A program made the translations under genes and the position numbers. Below, piece after piece: positions 18,440-31,300 of a DNA stretch of 64,000 bases. Where the stretch lies: IMG/VR virus record IMGVR_UViG_3300037400_004297, positions 12,591 to 76,590 of that record; one strand, written 5' to 3'. This DNA comes from a virus. Taxonomy: Duplodnaviria > Caudoviricetes. Position 1 is the first letter of the stretch. The number at the start of each line of letters is the position of its first letter. The notes beneath the pieces were generated by a model, which was not told where the DNA came from, ran no database searches, and was given only the letters and a program-made list of their open reading frames with translations.

Positions 18440-21400
18440 ATGACAAGTAATAAAATATTCCTTGAAAGGTGTAAGAGCAAACAGTCTAACAATACAAGTA
18501 GTGGACTTAACGTAGAATTGAAGGGTAACAGGAAGCTGTTACCCCTTGATGGCGTTAGCAAAGTAATAAGTCTCATGGAGCAATACACTGAAGAGCGTGA
18601 AAAATGCAATAAAATAAGGCTTACTTGCCAGGTTAATACTATTTGTTCTAATGTACTTTTCAATAGAATATCAGAAGTTGTAAAATATGAAGGTAGTAAG
18701 GATGTTGTTTTTCTAAATTACGGAATTGGTGGGAGCGCACCATTCGGGGGAGACCAATTATGTAAAACAACAGGAGGCACTACATATAAACCAGCTAGTA
18801 TGGATTTTTGGAGTGGCTCTACGATTGCGTGGCAGAGTATAGATGGTGACGTTATAACACAGCAAGCAGATACTCCTATTTCACAAATTGTTTCAGATAG
18901 TATTACTACATGCGCCCCTATTTCAGGAAAAGTAACTCATATAACTAACGCCATAAGAGATACTGAATTATCAAGGAATGATAAAGAGGATGGTAGCGGA
19001 GAACATTTTGTATATCATTGTGGGCTTGATATCCTTAACAATCATTTAATTAGAAGTAATACTTTCAAGTGTATTTGCAGACTTCCAGACAATTTTAATC
19101 ATGAGTACACAGCTTTCAATACAATAGCTGACCTTATGAGAGATAATTCTGGAAATAAAGTAATAGAGAAAGTATATTTTCCTGCTGATTCTGGTGTTGC
19201 TGATGGTGTTAAATTATTGTCTCTTCACACATACTTGTATGATGATATTCTCTCATTTAAAAGGGCAAAAAAAGAAAGATTAATAGAAAAATATAACGGT
19301 TGGTTTGGCTTTGAAAATAAATCAAAGATAAAAACATATGCTGATTTTGCTAATAAAGACCCAAAGGATTTGAGAATAGAAAGACCAATAATGTATATGA
19401 GTGGTGGTGATTTCGTTGAAATGTACCCAGGTCATGACTTATATAGCTTTGTTCCAAAATACAACAAGTATAGGAACAGAATGGAGAAAAACTGGAATTA
19501 TTGTATTACTTATCCTAGTTCTTCTACAACAAATGGATTTGATGATATAATAGAGACAAATGGTGGCATCAATTCTCTTAAAGCAATATATTTTGACGAA
19601 AACACAAGAGCAGATAGTGGAGCTATTCAGCTTGTAATTTACAGTAAATCGATGCACGGCTTAAAACCTGGTGATAGGGTAAATATTTATAACACCAGAG
19701 ATATAGAACAGTATTGGATTGAAGATGAAAATGGAAATAGGATTTCTGATTATTACGACACCGAAGATGAGGTCTCTAGTTTGAAGGCATCATTAGGACT
19801 AAAATACAATGATTTATTCATAAAGAACAAGATAAAAACTACCACAACTAAAATAATTGACAACGCTGAGGTAGATGAAATAGCTGATAAATTTATATTT
19901 ACAGTATTTAATCAGGGTGTTCAGATTAGTTCAAACTGGGTTAAAATTACAAATGAGGAGACTTTTAGCGCTAATACTAGAACATTCACCATGACCAATG
20001 AATCACCAAACGTGTATCGTGATGATAAATTTAACAGATATTATGTAGTTGGAAGAGGTGATAACAGATATGTTAATGTTGACCCTAATGCACAGAACAT
20101 ATCGTATAAAAAAGTTGTCAATGGTATAGAATGTGATTACTACGTAAGAATATTTTCAAGACTACCTAATTTCAGGTTTTCTAGTGCTGATACATCTTCA
20201 GAGTATGCTGTGTATAACAAAGAAAGTGGAGAAAGCCCTTTAGAAATATATCAAAAGCCAGGATATGATTTTGAAAGCCATGTTAGCAGATTAGCGTTTT
20301 CTAAAAACATATATGGTGATGAAATTGGTGAAATAGTTTTTACCGATGACATAGATTTATCTAACATTCATGACAATCTTGGCAGACCGCTTAGTGAGGT
20401 ATTCCTTACAATAGTTAAAAATAATAGGGGTTATAAGGAATGGTATGGCTTTGATTATAAAGATGATAGTTGGAAGCCTGAAAACATATCTGCTGATACA
20501 GTAGAATTTTCTCATTGTTTTGGTAGAATAACATGTGGGTTGGAGCTATCTGATGAATCAATAGATGACCCTAATACTAATAACATAAAAATAATAACAA
20601 ATGTGCGTGAAGAGTTCCGTGTTGGTTATCCTTGCGGTAGTATAAACCCTGGAAGGCACGTAGAAAATCTTAGAAATCAAGAAATATCATTTTATGATGA
20701 CTCACATTATTATGGGGATTTGTGTTGTTATGACAATTTTAATGCAATAGAACAAAGTATACAGTCATTCCTTCACAGGTTTAATACAGCACAGCGTGAA
20801 GCCATTGATTCAAAATCTGAAAGTTTTTTTAGTGGATTTAATTATGATGAAATAGAGAAGGATGATTATGATAGTGGTGGTGAATTTAAAATAAAAGCAT
20901 ATGAAGAGTCTGGATGTAACTCAAAACCTGAAGGATACTATTATATCCCTCACTACAGAATTCCTGTAAAATCATTTGGGAAAATAAATACAATTATGCC
21001 AGAATTTCTTACCATCATGTCTATTGTAAGAGGAGAGGGTAATACTGCTATTATAACGACTCTTGAATATCACTTCTTAACTCCAGGTGATAAGTCCATT
21101 ATTTATGACCAGGAGAATAATAAGTATTATTACCTAACAACAATACCAGGAGAAAAAAATAATGATAGGGTATTCACTTGTAATATTTATGATGAAAAGG
21201 GCAATTATGCTGATGGTATAGATGGCGATAATATAGGAGATTATAAACTGTTTAAGATAGATAACCTTGGAGTACCTTCATACGCTCATTTACTAAAAGA
21301 TGGAACATGTAGATATATATGGAGGGATATAGTAAATAATGGCTCTATGGATAGTGAGGATGGTCTTGAGGTTTATCCATTCACAAATGGTGCTTTCTAT

Positions 21401-21550
21401 ATTAATAAAAAAATTGACTTATTTCTAAGAAGGCAAGACCCATATAACAATTATGGACTTTATGCTGAGGAAGATATTGATGTAGATGGAGTTGCACCTC
21501 CAATAGAAGGTAAAAATGATTATTTTAGTGAGGAAGAGATAAAATGTTAA
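18440..21550 (+). CDS. Putative baseplate/tail structural protein (1036 aa)
   Basis: Long ORF in the structural operon. Confidence 0.6.
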   Translation: MTSNKIFLERCKSKQSNNTSSGLNVELKGNRKLLPLDGVSKVISLMEQYTEEREKCNKIRLTCQVNTICSNVLFNRISEVVKYEGSKDVVFLNYGIGGSAPFGGDQLCKTTGGTTYKPASMDFWSGSTIAWQSIDGDVITQQADTPISQIVSDSITTCAPISGKVTHITNAIRDTELSRNDKEDGSGEHFVYHCGLDILNNHLIRSNTFKCICRLPDNFNHEYTAFNTIADLMRDNSGNKVIEKVYFPADSGVADGVKLLSLHTYLYDDILSFKRAKKERLIEKYNGWFGFENKSKIKTYADFANKDPKDLRIERPIMYMSGGDFVEMYPGHDLYSFVPKYNKYRNRMEKNWNYCITYPSSSTTNGFDDIIETNGGINSLKAIYFDENTRADSGAIQLVIYSKSMHGLKPGDRVNIYNTRDIEQYWIEDENGNRISDYYDTEDEVSSLKASLGLKYNDLFIKNKIKTTTTKIIDNAEVDEIADKFIFTVFNQGVQISSNWVKITNEETFSANTRTFTMTNESPNVYRDDKFNRYYVVGRGDNRYVNVDPNAQNISYKKVVNGIECDYYVRIFSRLPNFRFSSADTSSEYAVYNKESGESPLEIYQKPGYDFESHVSRLAFSKNIYGDEIGEIVFTDDIDLSNIHDNLGRPLSEVFLTIVKNNRGYKEWYGFDYKDDSWKPENISADTVEFSHCFGRITCGLELSDESIDDPNTNNIKIITNVREEFRVGYPCGSINPGRHVENLRNQEISFYDDSHYYGDLCCYDNFNAIEQSIQSFLHRFNTAQREAIDSKSESFFSGFNYDEIEKDDYDSGGEFKIKAYEESGCNSKPEGYYYIPHYRIPVKSFGKINTIMPEFLTIMSIVRGEGNTAIITTLEYHFLTPGDKSIIYDQENNKYYYLTTIPGEKNNDRVFTCNIYDEKGNYADGIDGDNIGDYKLFKIDNLGVPSYAHLLKDGTCRYIWRDIVNNGSMDSEDGLEVYPFTNGAFYINKKIDLFLRRQDPYNNYGLYAEEDIDVDGVAPPIEGKNDYFSEEEIKC

Positions 21551-24500
21551 ATTACAGCGTTAAATTAGGCGAGAATAGCCTAAAGAGAGATGAATTGGTT
21601 TGGAGCGAAAAATACATCGCCCCAGACCTTTCATTTGTTTCTGGAGTAACTAGTCAGCATTATCACATAGATAAGCATGATAAAATAGCAGCATCTATAG
21701 GGTATAAAAGTAACTTCTCTACACTTAAAGTTGATTCACAAAACGTCACAAGAAATGGTTTCGTAAAAATTAGTGGTAAAAGATATCCAATTAAAAAAGA
21801 TAGTTTTATCAATAAAGCCACTGGTAAAAAACAGACATATTGGTATTCTGATATCAATGGTGTGTTCTATTATATATATCCTATTGATAATGATACAACC
21901 ATTCCTGAAGGCTCTAAAATAACAATAAAAAATTGGCTAAAAGATGAATGGAGTCAAGACGATAATGGAGAATATCATGTTGATGTTGTAGAAGGTGATG
22001 TTGAAGCCACTGTAATAAATGGTGAGCTTTCGCTTGACACAATAGTATGGATTGAAGATGGAACTGTAACTATTGATGGAGAGAAATATATATACGATAG
22101 ATTTGATGGCGGTATTAAATATTATGAAGGTGGTTTGACATTATCTGGCGAAGAAATAACAAAATGTGATGGAATAACATATAACTACTTTGAAAACGAA
22201 TCTGATTACATCTATGTAACAAAATTTGTTCTTACAAAATATGAGGATAAGAGTGTTGATTTTGATAGGATTGGTTTTGCTTCATATTATTATTTCATCG
22301 ATTACAAAAACAATTATTATCAAATTAGCCAAAGTGGTTCATCAGCTGTAAGTGGAAGTACATTACAATATGTATGCGTTGTAGATGAAAATATATATAC
22401 TGTGTCAGGAAACTCTGACTTACCAACTAGAATTAGTGAACTTAAAGATACTGATTCATATGTAAAGATAGATGATAATGAGTTCAACGTTCAATATTTA
22501 GTACAAAATGCAAACATTGGAGATGAATTAGCAATATATTTGTCAGATGATTCACATAATTTTTCTGTTGGCGATAAAATTTCTCTTGTAATAGATAATG
22601 CTGAGCATAATATAGTTCAACTTTATACTATGACTGGTACAGCAAATACTGACTCAACAAGTGGGGAAAATTATGTTGAAAAATTTGTTCTATATAACGG
22701 AGAAAAACATAATGCAGTAGAAAAGATATGTAATGTTGTTAATATAGGTAATACATTTTACGATGTATCATATCCAAACGGCATTGAAAATGGAAAGGAT
22801 GCTCTTGTCAATATAGATGGAGGATTTGTTCCTATGAAAATAATGAAAATTCAAGAAGAAGGAACAACTCTTCAGAGATATGGATACGTAGTGTTAGATG
22901 TAAAAGACGATGAAACTGGTGTTATAAAACAAAGTGCAACTACTGCAAATTATGAAGCAACTTTCTTCAGTGGTGTTACCATTGATGGAAAATCATATAG
23001 GGTATATGATAATGGAGATGGGAATGAATACATATACACCGATAAAGCAATACCAGTAGAGTTTACTATAGATTCAATACTTGGAAGTTCTTTGTTAATT
23101 TGTAAGCCTAATCTTAATGGCTATGAGTTCAATGATGAGTTTAGGGATGAGATATCAACCAATCTTTGTGAATTTATAAACTCCAGGCAATCAGAAGTAA
23201 AAGTATATTCGCAAAACAACGCCTTTGGGACAAGACACATCACTCATGAAATTGGATTTATAGGTAACGATTTGCCAACATCATCGGATGATTATGAAAA
23301 TATAATTGATAACCTCACTCTATTTGCAAATAGTGGATATATACAATTGTCACTTCCTTTGGTAATGGACGTGGCATTAAATGGTATGCAAGAAGACACT
23401 GTTAAACGAGATTTATATGATGTGGAAAAAGAAAAGGCTATAAATCCTATAGTTGATATGGAAAAAGATGTGTATGTGCCAAAATACATAAATAATAATA
23501 AAGAGTATACTGGCTCAGAAACAATCTTTAGTCCTATAAATGAGATAGAAGTTAATCTTCATTTTAGAACAAGGAATAAAGATAACTGGAAAGTTAATGA
23601 AGGGTATAATAACCCTACTGTGTCAGGTACTATGGATAACTGGTTTTGTACAGACTATTTTCCGTATAGTGGTATGGTAAGTAACTCAGGATGCGCAAAT
23701 GTGTTACAGAACAGTTCAGACCTTATGGGGTTATTATGGTTTGAGGATGATGACGTATTCTATCAAAGGGACAATATATCTAAGTCATTCCTCAGATTCT
23801 CTTATTATGATTCTACAGACCCCAATACACAATCTCTTTTGGCGACATCAACAGTGTTTATGGATGAACACGCAATGTTTAAAAAATATATAAATAATGC
23901 TAGAAGAAATATAAATAATTTTGCTAGAATAACAGATGAGCCAAAAGAAATTACTGAAAATGAAGTGGTAAAATACAAAGGCTCTCTAATGAATAGAGGC
24001 TCTATTTTAACTGAATATTATGGTAAATATGATAAAGCCAAAAAGGATTATGAAAGTGATGATTTTACAGGAAATACTCATGATGAAAAAGATAGAAGAA
24101 ATGCAATTAGTGGCGACACTATGAGGGTAAGTTCTAGATTCACTATAAGAAACAAATACGAAACGGACACATCTTCAGAAGGATTTTATCTTTATATGTT
24201 CAGAGAATATTCAGAAAATTTGCATCCGAAACCTATTTATATGAAAGTTGAATTTAACCATGCTGGAGTTGGTAGGACAATACCTTTCATTATACCAATG
24301 AAATGGTCTAACCCTAATTTAAGTGGTGAATGCCATCCAGTAGATTCTATAAAATTATCTGGTGAAACAGATAATGTAAAAGATATAGATATATTGAAAG
24401 AAGGTTATCCGTTATCATTTGTATATGCACAAACATATATACCACTATATGCGGTGTATGATTTTAAGAATAAAGAATATGGATATGTATTTGACAAGAG

Positions 24501-24666
24501 GTATGTTACAGTAGAGGATGACAAAATAAGGCTTAACTTATTTGAACTTAAGATAAAAGACGAGAATACAGCAAACAATTCAGATAGGGCTAATGTTAGA
24601 AATAACACTATTAGTAAGGGAGTAATAGACGTAGATACACAATTTGGAGGCAATGAGAGTAATTAG
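21544..24666 (+). CDS. Putative baseplate/tail structural protein (1040 aa)
   Basis: Long ORF, beta-rich, overlapping operon junctions; TAG stop. Confidence 0.6.
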   Translation: MLNYSVKLGENSLKRDELVWSEKYIAPDLSFVSGVTSQHYHIDKHDKIAASIGYKSNFSTLKVDSQNVTRNGFVKISGKRYPIKKDSFINKATGKKQTYWYSDINGVFYYIYPIDNDTTIPEGSKITIKNWLKDEWSQDDNGEYHVDVVEGDVEATVINGELSLDTIVWIEDGTVTIDGEKYIYDRFDGGIKYYEGGLTLSGEEITKCDGITYNYFENESDYIYVTKFVLTKYEDKSVDFDRIGFASYYYFIDYKNNYYQISQSGSSAVSGSTLQYVCVVDENIYTVSGNSDLPTRISELKDTDSYVKIDDNEFNVQYLVQNANIGDELAIYLSDDSHNFSVGDKISLVIDNAEHNIVQLYTMTGTANTDSTSGENYVEKFVLYNGEKHNAVEKICNVVNIGNTFYDVSYPNGIENGKDALVNIDGGFVPMKIMKIQEEGTTLQRYGYVVLDVKDDETGVIKQSATTANYEATFFSGVTIDGKSYRVYDNGDGNEYIYTDKAIPVEFTIDSILGSSLLICKPNLNGYEFNDEFRDEISTNLCEFINSRQSEVKVYSQNNAFGTRHITHEIGFIGNDLPTSSDDYENIIDNLTLFANSGYIQLSLPLVMDVALNGMQEDTVKRDLYDVEKEKAINPIVDMEKDVYVPKYINNNKEYTGSETIFSPINEIEVNLHFRTRNKDNWKVNEGYNNPTVSGTMDNWFCTDYFPYSGMVSNSGCANVLQNSSDLMGLLWFEDDDVFYQRDNISKSFLRFSYYDSTDPNTQSLLATSTVFMDEHAMFKKYINNARRNINNFARITDEPKEITENEVVKYKGSLMNRGSILTEYYGKYDKAKKDYESDDFTGNTHDEKDRRNAISGDTMRVSSRFTIRNKYETDTSSEGFYLYMFREYSENLHPKPIYMKVEFNHAGVGRTIPFIIPMKWSNPNLSGECHPVDSIKLSGETDNVKDIDILKEGYPLSFVYAQTYIPLYAVYDFKNKEYGYVFDKRYVTVEDDKIRLNLFELKIKDENTANNSDRANVRNNTISKGVIDVDTQFGGNESN

Positions 24667-27415
24667 TAAGAAAATATCATTGGAAGATTTCACATCAAGA
24701 TTACCAGGTATTGTGCCAGCATATATGGTGAATGGTGATAATAAACCATATTATTTTAATGAAGAATCACTTAAGTCTAGGAAATACGAATTTCCTAGCA
24801 ATTATGGTATGATTCCAATGAATATAGCTATTCCAGGAAATTTATCAGTACCAATATTAACTGATACTACAAGGTGTCTTTCATGGAGTACCATAAGTGA
24901 TTGGTATTATTTCTTTACTAACTATTACCACCTGTTAAATGATTGGGGACGTTGCTGTTTGAAATATAACAGTGCTGTTGAATACTATTCATATGAATCA
25001 AAAAATGGCTATGCAGACCAAATGGTATATGGTACTGATGAGGATGTGTATAAGGAGCTTGATAAAACGTTCATAGAACGAGGTGGTAAAGTGGCTGAAA
25101 TAGAGATTGATGATGAAAATGAAAAAGCACACACTAAACGTACAGATAATGGTATGTTTGAGTGGATTTGTGATAATATAATTCCAAGCTTAGAAATACC
25201 AGGAGAACTTGTTGATGCTTGGCATTGTAATAAACTTTACTATCCTGATATAATAAAATGGAGGAGTTGGTTTCAAAAAAGAGAAAAATATGATTCTCTT
25301 AATAGCTGTTCTGATACTATTGACTGTTGTGATTGTGAAGAATATTTTAAAAGGGGGGGAGATAAAATGAGAGACCTTTTGAATGATTTCAAACTACCTA
25401 ACATAGATTTCAGCAGTACCATAACCCCAACAATTGGCTGTATTGACGAAGCTGTGCAGTTTACTAAAAACGAATGTGAAACAGCTATTGAAATGCCAAT
25501 TTCATTACAGGTATCTATTGATGATATGGGAGAATTCAGTATTCTTTCTAAAGAGTATGAACTTGGAATTGATTACAGAACAGCAAGATATGGTGATAGT
25601 ACAAATACTAATCATGGTACTGTTATTTCAATAGATGGCGAATCTATGAAGTTGAAAAGTGGCAGTGGGTTTACTTTTAATTCAACTTATATGGAGAAAA
25701 AATTCAGTAAGGACGATTGGGTTGTAAATTCTGGTAATTCTAAGGCATTTTCTGATAATTCTAAGGCAATTTCTGCTGAAACATACGATGGCACAATAAT
25801 ATATCCTTTGGAAGAAGACGTTAATACTATATATTATCAATCTGGAACAACCCGTTTCTTTTATGGCTTTGACGATAATTGGCATCGTCAAATTGGTAAC
25901 AATGAGGATGATGTTAGAGAAAAAATTAAAAAATATCTTCCAATTGAAGAGGTTGATGAAGTTCTTATTGATGATACTTTATATGACGTTTTACATGAGG
26001 AATTCTATAGTGTGGATAGTGCAAGCACGGAAAGTGGCAAAACATATTGTGTGTATAGGGAAGAATATACAAATACCCCTTATACAATATGGAATAACAG
26101 AAAAGTATATGCCGAATCTAAGCCACAAAGTAAGGACGAATTTTTCTTTTTCCCATTTTTTACGTCTGGAGAAAATAATGGTGTAAAATGGTTTCCAAGA
26201 GAAAGAAGTAGTAATACCAAATTAGCTGATTTCATACTCTATGAAGGGTCGATGACACTAGTATCTAGCGGTGATACCAGAATTAGTGGTATTTGCTATA
26301 ATGACGATGGTATTATGTATCTAATTAAATATGGCGAAGGCGAAAATGTGTATTATATTGATGAAAATGGTGATTTAGCCGTAGATAGTAACTATAAAGT
26401 TTCTGGTGAAAGTATAATGTATTCAAATCAAACAATAAAAGTGTATGAAGCTGGTATAATTACTGGAAAAACTTCATCAAAACTTTATGACCTTCGCTCC
26501 AATAGTCTATTAACAGATGATACTGGAGAAGTTATTCAAGGAAGATATGATGTATCAGGAAAAACAAATCATCAGCCGTCACAAGGCGATGCACTTGACC
26601 TGATTTATGAGGTTGGTAACACTGCAAATATTGTTCCTTTTAATGAGGCAGGAAAAGATTGCTACTATGGGGATATAATAACAAGTATGGTATTCTATCA
26701 TGAAGACTATGAAGGAAACGTAATTGATGACACAGAGAAAAATTGGGCTGAGTTTAATAATTCTCTAAGTGCAATAGTTGCTTCAGAATCTGCTGCTAGT
26801 GGTATGGTTATTAGTGGATACGCACAATCAGACATTTATTGTGACATTGAATATTTAATTGGTGCAACACTAAGTGGCGTTTCTGAAACAATTCAATATA
26901 GTGGTGACACGCTATTTGTAGGCACTAAATACAGCCCAATAGACGACAGTATACATAGTAAAGGAGTTAAGCATAAAGAAACTGTTAGGTTCAAAAAGAA
27001 AGATGTACTATATAAGCTTTCAAAGGGTGTTGACGGACAAATACCAACCACATTTAATACAGTTTCAGCCAATAGCTTATGCTATCCAGTTACAGTATAT
27101 GAACTAGACCAGGATATGACTGAGATTAATTCAGGATATGGTAATAAATATCAATATGCGCTTGCAGATTTTGAATTGACACTACCACAAACGAATGATG
27201 GCTGGAGTGGCTATACAAGTGCAACACAAATATTTCCAGTTTTCAGGCAAGAATATATGCTAGGTAGTGCTGTAATGCAAAACATTGATGTCGATATTTA
27301 TATAGACAGAGGAATAAATGCAGCATTTGAAAAACATTTGAAACTTGGTGAAGTAACTAGTATGGAAGCACTTGAACAATATTCAAACGGTTACTTTAAG
27401 ATGATGGATAACTAA
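24653..27415 (+). CDS. Putative baseplate/tail structural protein (about 920 aa)
   Basis: Long ORF; ATG 24653 preferred over TTG 24644; C-terminal DVDIYIDRGINAAFEKHLKLGEV. Confidence 0.6.
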   Translation: MRVISKKISLEDFTSRLPGIVPAYMVNGDNKPYYFNEESLKSRKYEFPSNYGMIPMNIAIPGNLSVPILTDTTRCLSWSTISDWYYFFTNYYHLLNDWGRCCLKYNSAVEYYSYESKNGYADQMVYGTDEDVYKELDKTFIERGGKVAEIEIDDENEKAHTKRTDNGMFEWICDNIIPSLEIPGELVDAWHCNKLYYPDIIKWRSWFQKREKYDSLNSCSDTIDCCDCEEYFKRGGDKMRDLLNDFKLPNIDFSSTITPTIGCIDEAVQFTKNECETAIEMPISLQVSIDDMGEFSILSKEYELGIDYRTARYGDSTNTNHGTVISIDGESMKLKSGSGFTFNSTYMEKKFSKDDWVVNSGNSKAFSDNSKAISAETYDGTIIYPLEEDVNTIYYQSGTTRFFYGFDDNWHRQIGNNEDDVREKIKKYLPIEEVDEVLIDDTLYDVLHEEFYSVDSASTESGKTYCVYREEYTNTPYTIWNNRKVYAESKPQSKDEFFFFPFFTSGENNGVKWFPRERSSNTKLADFILYEGSMTLVSSGDTRISGICYNDDGIMYLIKYGEGENVYYIDENGDLAVDSNYKVSGESIMYSNQTIKVYEAGIITGKTSSKLYDLRSNSLLTDDTGEVIQGRYDVSGKTNHQPSQGDALDLIYEVGNTANIVPFNEAGKDCYYGDIITSMVFYHEDYEGNVIDDTEKNWAEFNNSLSAIVASESAASGMVISGYAQSDIYCDIEYLIGATLSGVSETIQYSGDTLFVGTKYSPIDDSIHSKGVKHKETVRFKKKDVLYKLSKGVDGQIPTTFNTVSANSLCYPVTVYELDQDMTEINSGYGNKYQYALADFELTLPQTNDGWSGYTSATQIFPVFRQEYMLGSAVMQNIDVDIYIDRGINAAFEKHLKLGEVTSMEALEQYSNGYFKMMDN

Positions 27416-27437
27416 TTTATAAAAAAAATATAATAAA

Positions 27438-28349
27438 ATGGCAATTGGAGCATACGGTACGACAATTCCTATAAACATAGCTAACCCTGATATTCCAAAC
27501 CTTGTTGACATATCATATTGCTATCATGAAAAAAGGTCATTTGACTCTTTGAGTAATGCTAATTTCAAACACCTTGATTCAGCAATACTTACTCAAGCAA
27601 GAAGGGATAAAGAAAATGGAGATTTTGACGAAATAACTGAGGGTATGTACAACCTTCAGTTACCTCTTAGTGAATTCAATAAAAAGGGATTCTACACTGT
27701 ATATATTAAGCCAAAGGAAATAGAGGCTGTAATTACTGATGTAGGTTCTCTAACAGCATTTCCAAATGTTAGAGGACTTGTTGTTGACAGTGCAAGTATA
27801 GATGGTCCTACCAGGGAAAAGGCACTTACCAACAATGGGCTTGTTGGGTATAGGATAATATATATTTCTGATGCAGGAGCAAGACAGGATTACTATAGGA
27901 TAATCACTAGCAATAACAGGTGCGAACCAGTTGTTCAAGCTCCTAATTCTTCAAGTGATAAGTCGTATACATATAGATATGAAGATGCTAGTCCTCTTAC
28001 GTTTATTACTGTATCTCCATCATCAGCGCCAACGTTTAAGGAGAATGCAACACCATTCATTGGTAAGCCAACTCAGAAGATATTGCTTGTGAACACATAT
28101 TTCGAGCCAATCATGCTTGATATAGAAATGACAACTCATGATGCTGATACAATAAGTTATATGCTTGAAAATAGTCAACTCAGAGACCTTGATAATGGTC
28201 TTGTTACGACGTTTAACGACAAAAACGAGATTTATAATCAAAAAGAATTCTACACATTGAAGGATGAATATACAGGAAAGCCTGTATATGAGGTTGGTAA
28301 GAATATAAGTGGAAATATAGATTTTAGTCAAACCATTGAAGATAAATAA
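27438..28349 (+). CDS. Putative structural protein (303 aa)
   Basis: ORF in the structural operon. Confidence 0.6.
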   Translation: MAIGAYGTTIPINIANPDIPNLVDISYCYHEKRSFDSLSNANFKHLDSAILTQARRDKENGDFDEITEGMYNLQLPLSEFNKKGFYTVYIKPKEIEAVITDVGSLTAFPNVRGLVVDSASIDGPTREKALTNNGLVGYRIIYISDAGARQDYYRIITSNNRCEPVVQAPNSSSDKSYTYRYEDASPLTFITVSPSSAPTFKENATPFIGKPTQKILLVNTYFEPIMLDIEMTTHDADTISYMLENSQLRDLDNGLVTTFNDKNEIYNQKEFYTLKDEYTGKPVYEVGKNISGNIDFSQTIEDK

Positions 28350-28366
28350 TGAAATATTAAAAGAAA

Positions 28367-31300
28367 ATGGGATTAATCAAATCACATAGCAACTACGTTT
28401 TAAAGAAAGACCATCAGTTGGTTGGGGACGGAAAGATATACGAAAGAGATATAACTACAATTGGTGCAACTAATCAGTTCGCACCTGGTCAAACCCCAAT
28501 ATACAGGAGTGGTAACTTCGTTATCACAGTTCGTGATGATAGCAGAACCACAAATCAGTATAATACACAGAAATGGGAGCAAAGCATTAGTGGTGATAAC
28601 TGGACTTTGCAATCTATTTCTGGTATGGTTTCTTCTGATGAATATCAGGATGATACTAAGATAATACTGAAGAATGACTATTATGACTTTAGAGAATTTG
28701 CTTATTATGGTTCTCTTACTGAACTATTCAGGTCTTCAATAAACGATTTGCTCGACAGATTCCCTGGCGAGCTTTACTGCATTTCTGGAAACTCTGGCTC
28801 TACGGACGGAGCTGTCTTTTATGAGTCTTCATATACTGAGGATTTCGAGGCAATAGTAAGCTCTTTCAGGCTTGGCGGTGGTAGCATGTATGAAGTGTCA
28901 AACCCATATGGTATTGATATTCATTCAGAAAAATTACCAATGGGAGCAAACCCATTAAAATATTTTGCTGAAGATGGGTGGAAAAACTATGAAATAATTG
29001 ATGGTAATGGTAATAAAACTGAAATTACTAACTGGAGTGTTGTAAATTACAGTGGGTGCAGTATAGGAACTCAAATTGCTACAATAACTATTGATGGGCT
29101 TGGAGAAATTTATGCATATATTGGAGAAGGTGGAAATATAGTATATCTACACGATGATAGAATTAATGATAAGCACATGCGCCCTAAACAGCCTATAATA
29201 AATCAGTTTTTGAGTGGGTGTAATGATTTACAGAGAATTATGTTCAACATGGACACAAATCCTATGTATAAGTCAACATTCTCTGTAATTGGCGAAGATG
29301 ACTTTGGCTATACTAGAAGTCTAGAAGAATTTATATACCCAACATCTGCTGGTGGCTATAATCCAAGCACGGACACTTATTTCATCAATAGACTAGTAAA
29401 AATAGGTGACTTCTATGATGAAAATCTTACTGACAATTTATGGCGTTCAATGACTCATGAGGCTATCAAAAATTTTGATTGGTCTTTTACACGTGAATAT
29501 GACGAAAATGCAGAGGAAGAACATACAGATGGCGGTCAAAAAATACAAAAAGCAATAAGGATTTTTGCAAGAGAATTTGATGAGCAGAAAAAATATATTG
29601 ACAATATAAAAAATACTGGAAGATTAACCTATGATGAAAGAGGTAATATTCCAGACTATTTCCTTACTGATATTTGTGAAGATGATGGATGGGATATCAA
29701 ATCTGTAATACCATATGGTCTTATTGAAAGATATATTTCTGGTATTAGTGCTGGAACTGAAGTAGGAAATGAAATTTATGAAAGCATCTCTGGTGATACT
29801 TATCAATTTCTGAATAGTGGGTCAACTGGAATGTTCAAGCGTGAATATTCACAGAGTTCTGTGTCTGCTGTTACACCTTATACTTCATCAGTAAAACAAT
29901 CGCTTAAAAATGGGTTCTTTGTGGTTTGTGATGGAGAAGGCGCATCTGTTGGAGATGAGTGTCTTGATAAATGGTATTCCGAAAAAGACGAAGATGACGA
30001 AACACATTACAATATAAGACCAGTAGCAGAAAACGAGGATGTGTATACTACTATGTTTGATAGTGGTAGAATAGAGTATAGAATCAAACCTTATTTTGAT
30101 GATGATAAAAAATACACATACCTAGACGTTAATAACGAATTCCTTAAGAGACTAAAGCTTAATTCAAGGGCTATCTGGAGACATAAAGGAACTATTGAGG
30201 GTATAGAAATGGTTCTTGGTTTATTTGGTCTTAAAAGTAGTAGATGGCTTGACAGAAATGAGAGTTGCAAATATTCGAAAAATGCTGATTATGAGATAAC
30301 AGAATATTCTCAATTCACTACTAGAATTGAAGACAACTGGGATACAATACATCAGATGTATCACATTGACTGGATTAACTCTACTAAGACAATAACATAC
30401 GATAACAGGTCAACTTCTAACTATACACTTGAAGGTAATATGGGGTATTCGTACACTCCATATCAGGGTATTCCTGTGTCATATAGAGACCCATATCCAG
30501 AAGAATATACAGGTGATGGTATTCCTCCTAGATATTTATATCCTAATTTCAATAAAGGAGAACAACTGGACGGCAATCCATACTTCCAGATGAATGGTGG
30601 ATGGCTTGCAAAGACAATAAGTGGTTCTACTGAGTGGGAATACAACTTCCAGTTTGATGTAGATAACAACATAGTCTATAATGTTGTTGAAAAAAACCCC
30701 GCCACTTCAGGACTTTCTGGAACATTTGCTGTTGATAATCATAAGTTATATAAGGAGACAATTAGAAGCATTAGAAAAGTAGAAAATCTATCAGAGTTAC
30801 TTAGTCTATCACAATCAGAACTCTATGATGGTATAGTGTGTTATGTTACAAATGTAAGCGATAGAATCGCTGTTATTGATGGAGAAGTATTTAATATAGA
30901 GCTTGAAACCGTAAATGGCGAACAAAAAGAGTATGTGGTTTTAACTAAGAAAGAAGGATTTATTAAAGTAGGAGAACATTATTTTGATGAAAGTGTTGTA
31001 GTATACGATGAAAACGGATATTCATCACCTTATTCTCTTGATGATAAATTAGATGGATATGAGGTTAAAGCTTATATAAAGTGTACTAATGGAGATGATT
31101 TCATTTGTACTAATGGAGATGATTTCATTTGTAAGAGTGGAGAATCTGAAGAATATAGTATTACTTCTTTCTCAAGAATTGATGAAAGTGATATTGGAAG
31201 TGGGTATACCAATTATTTCATTTTGAATGATGTCACATTCTCTAATATAATGGCAAACAAACAATCAATTGACGGTTGGAGAAGACTTCTAAGCAATGAG

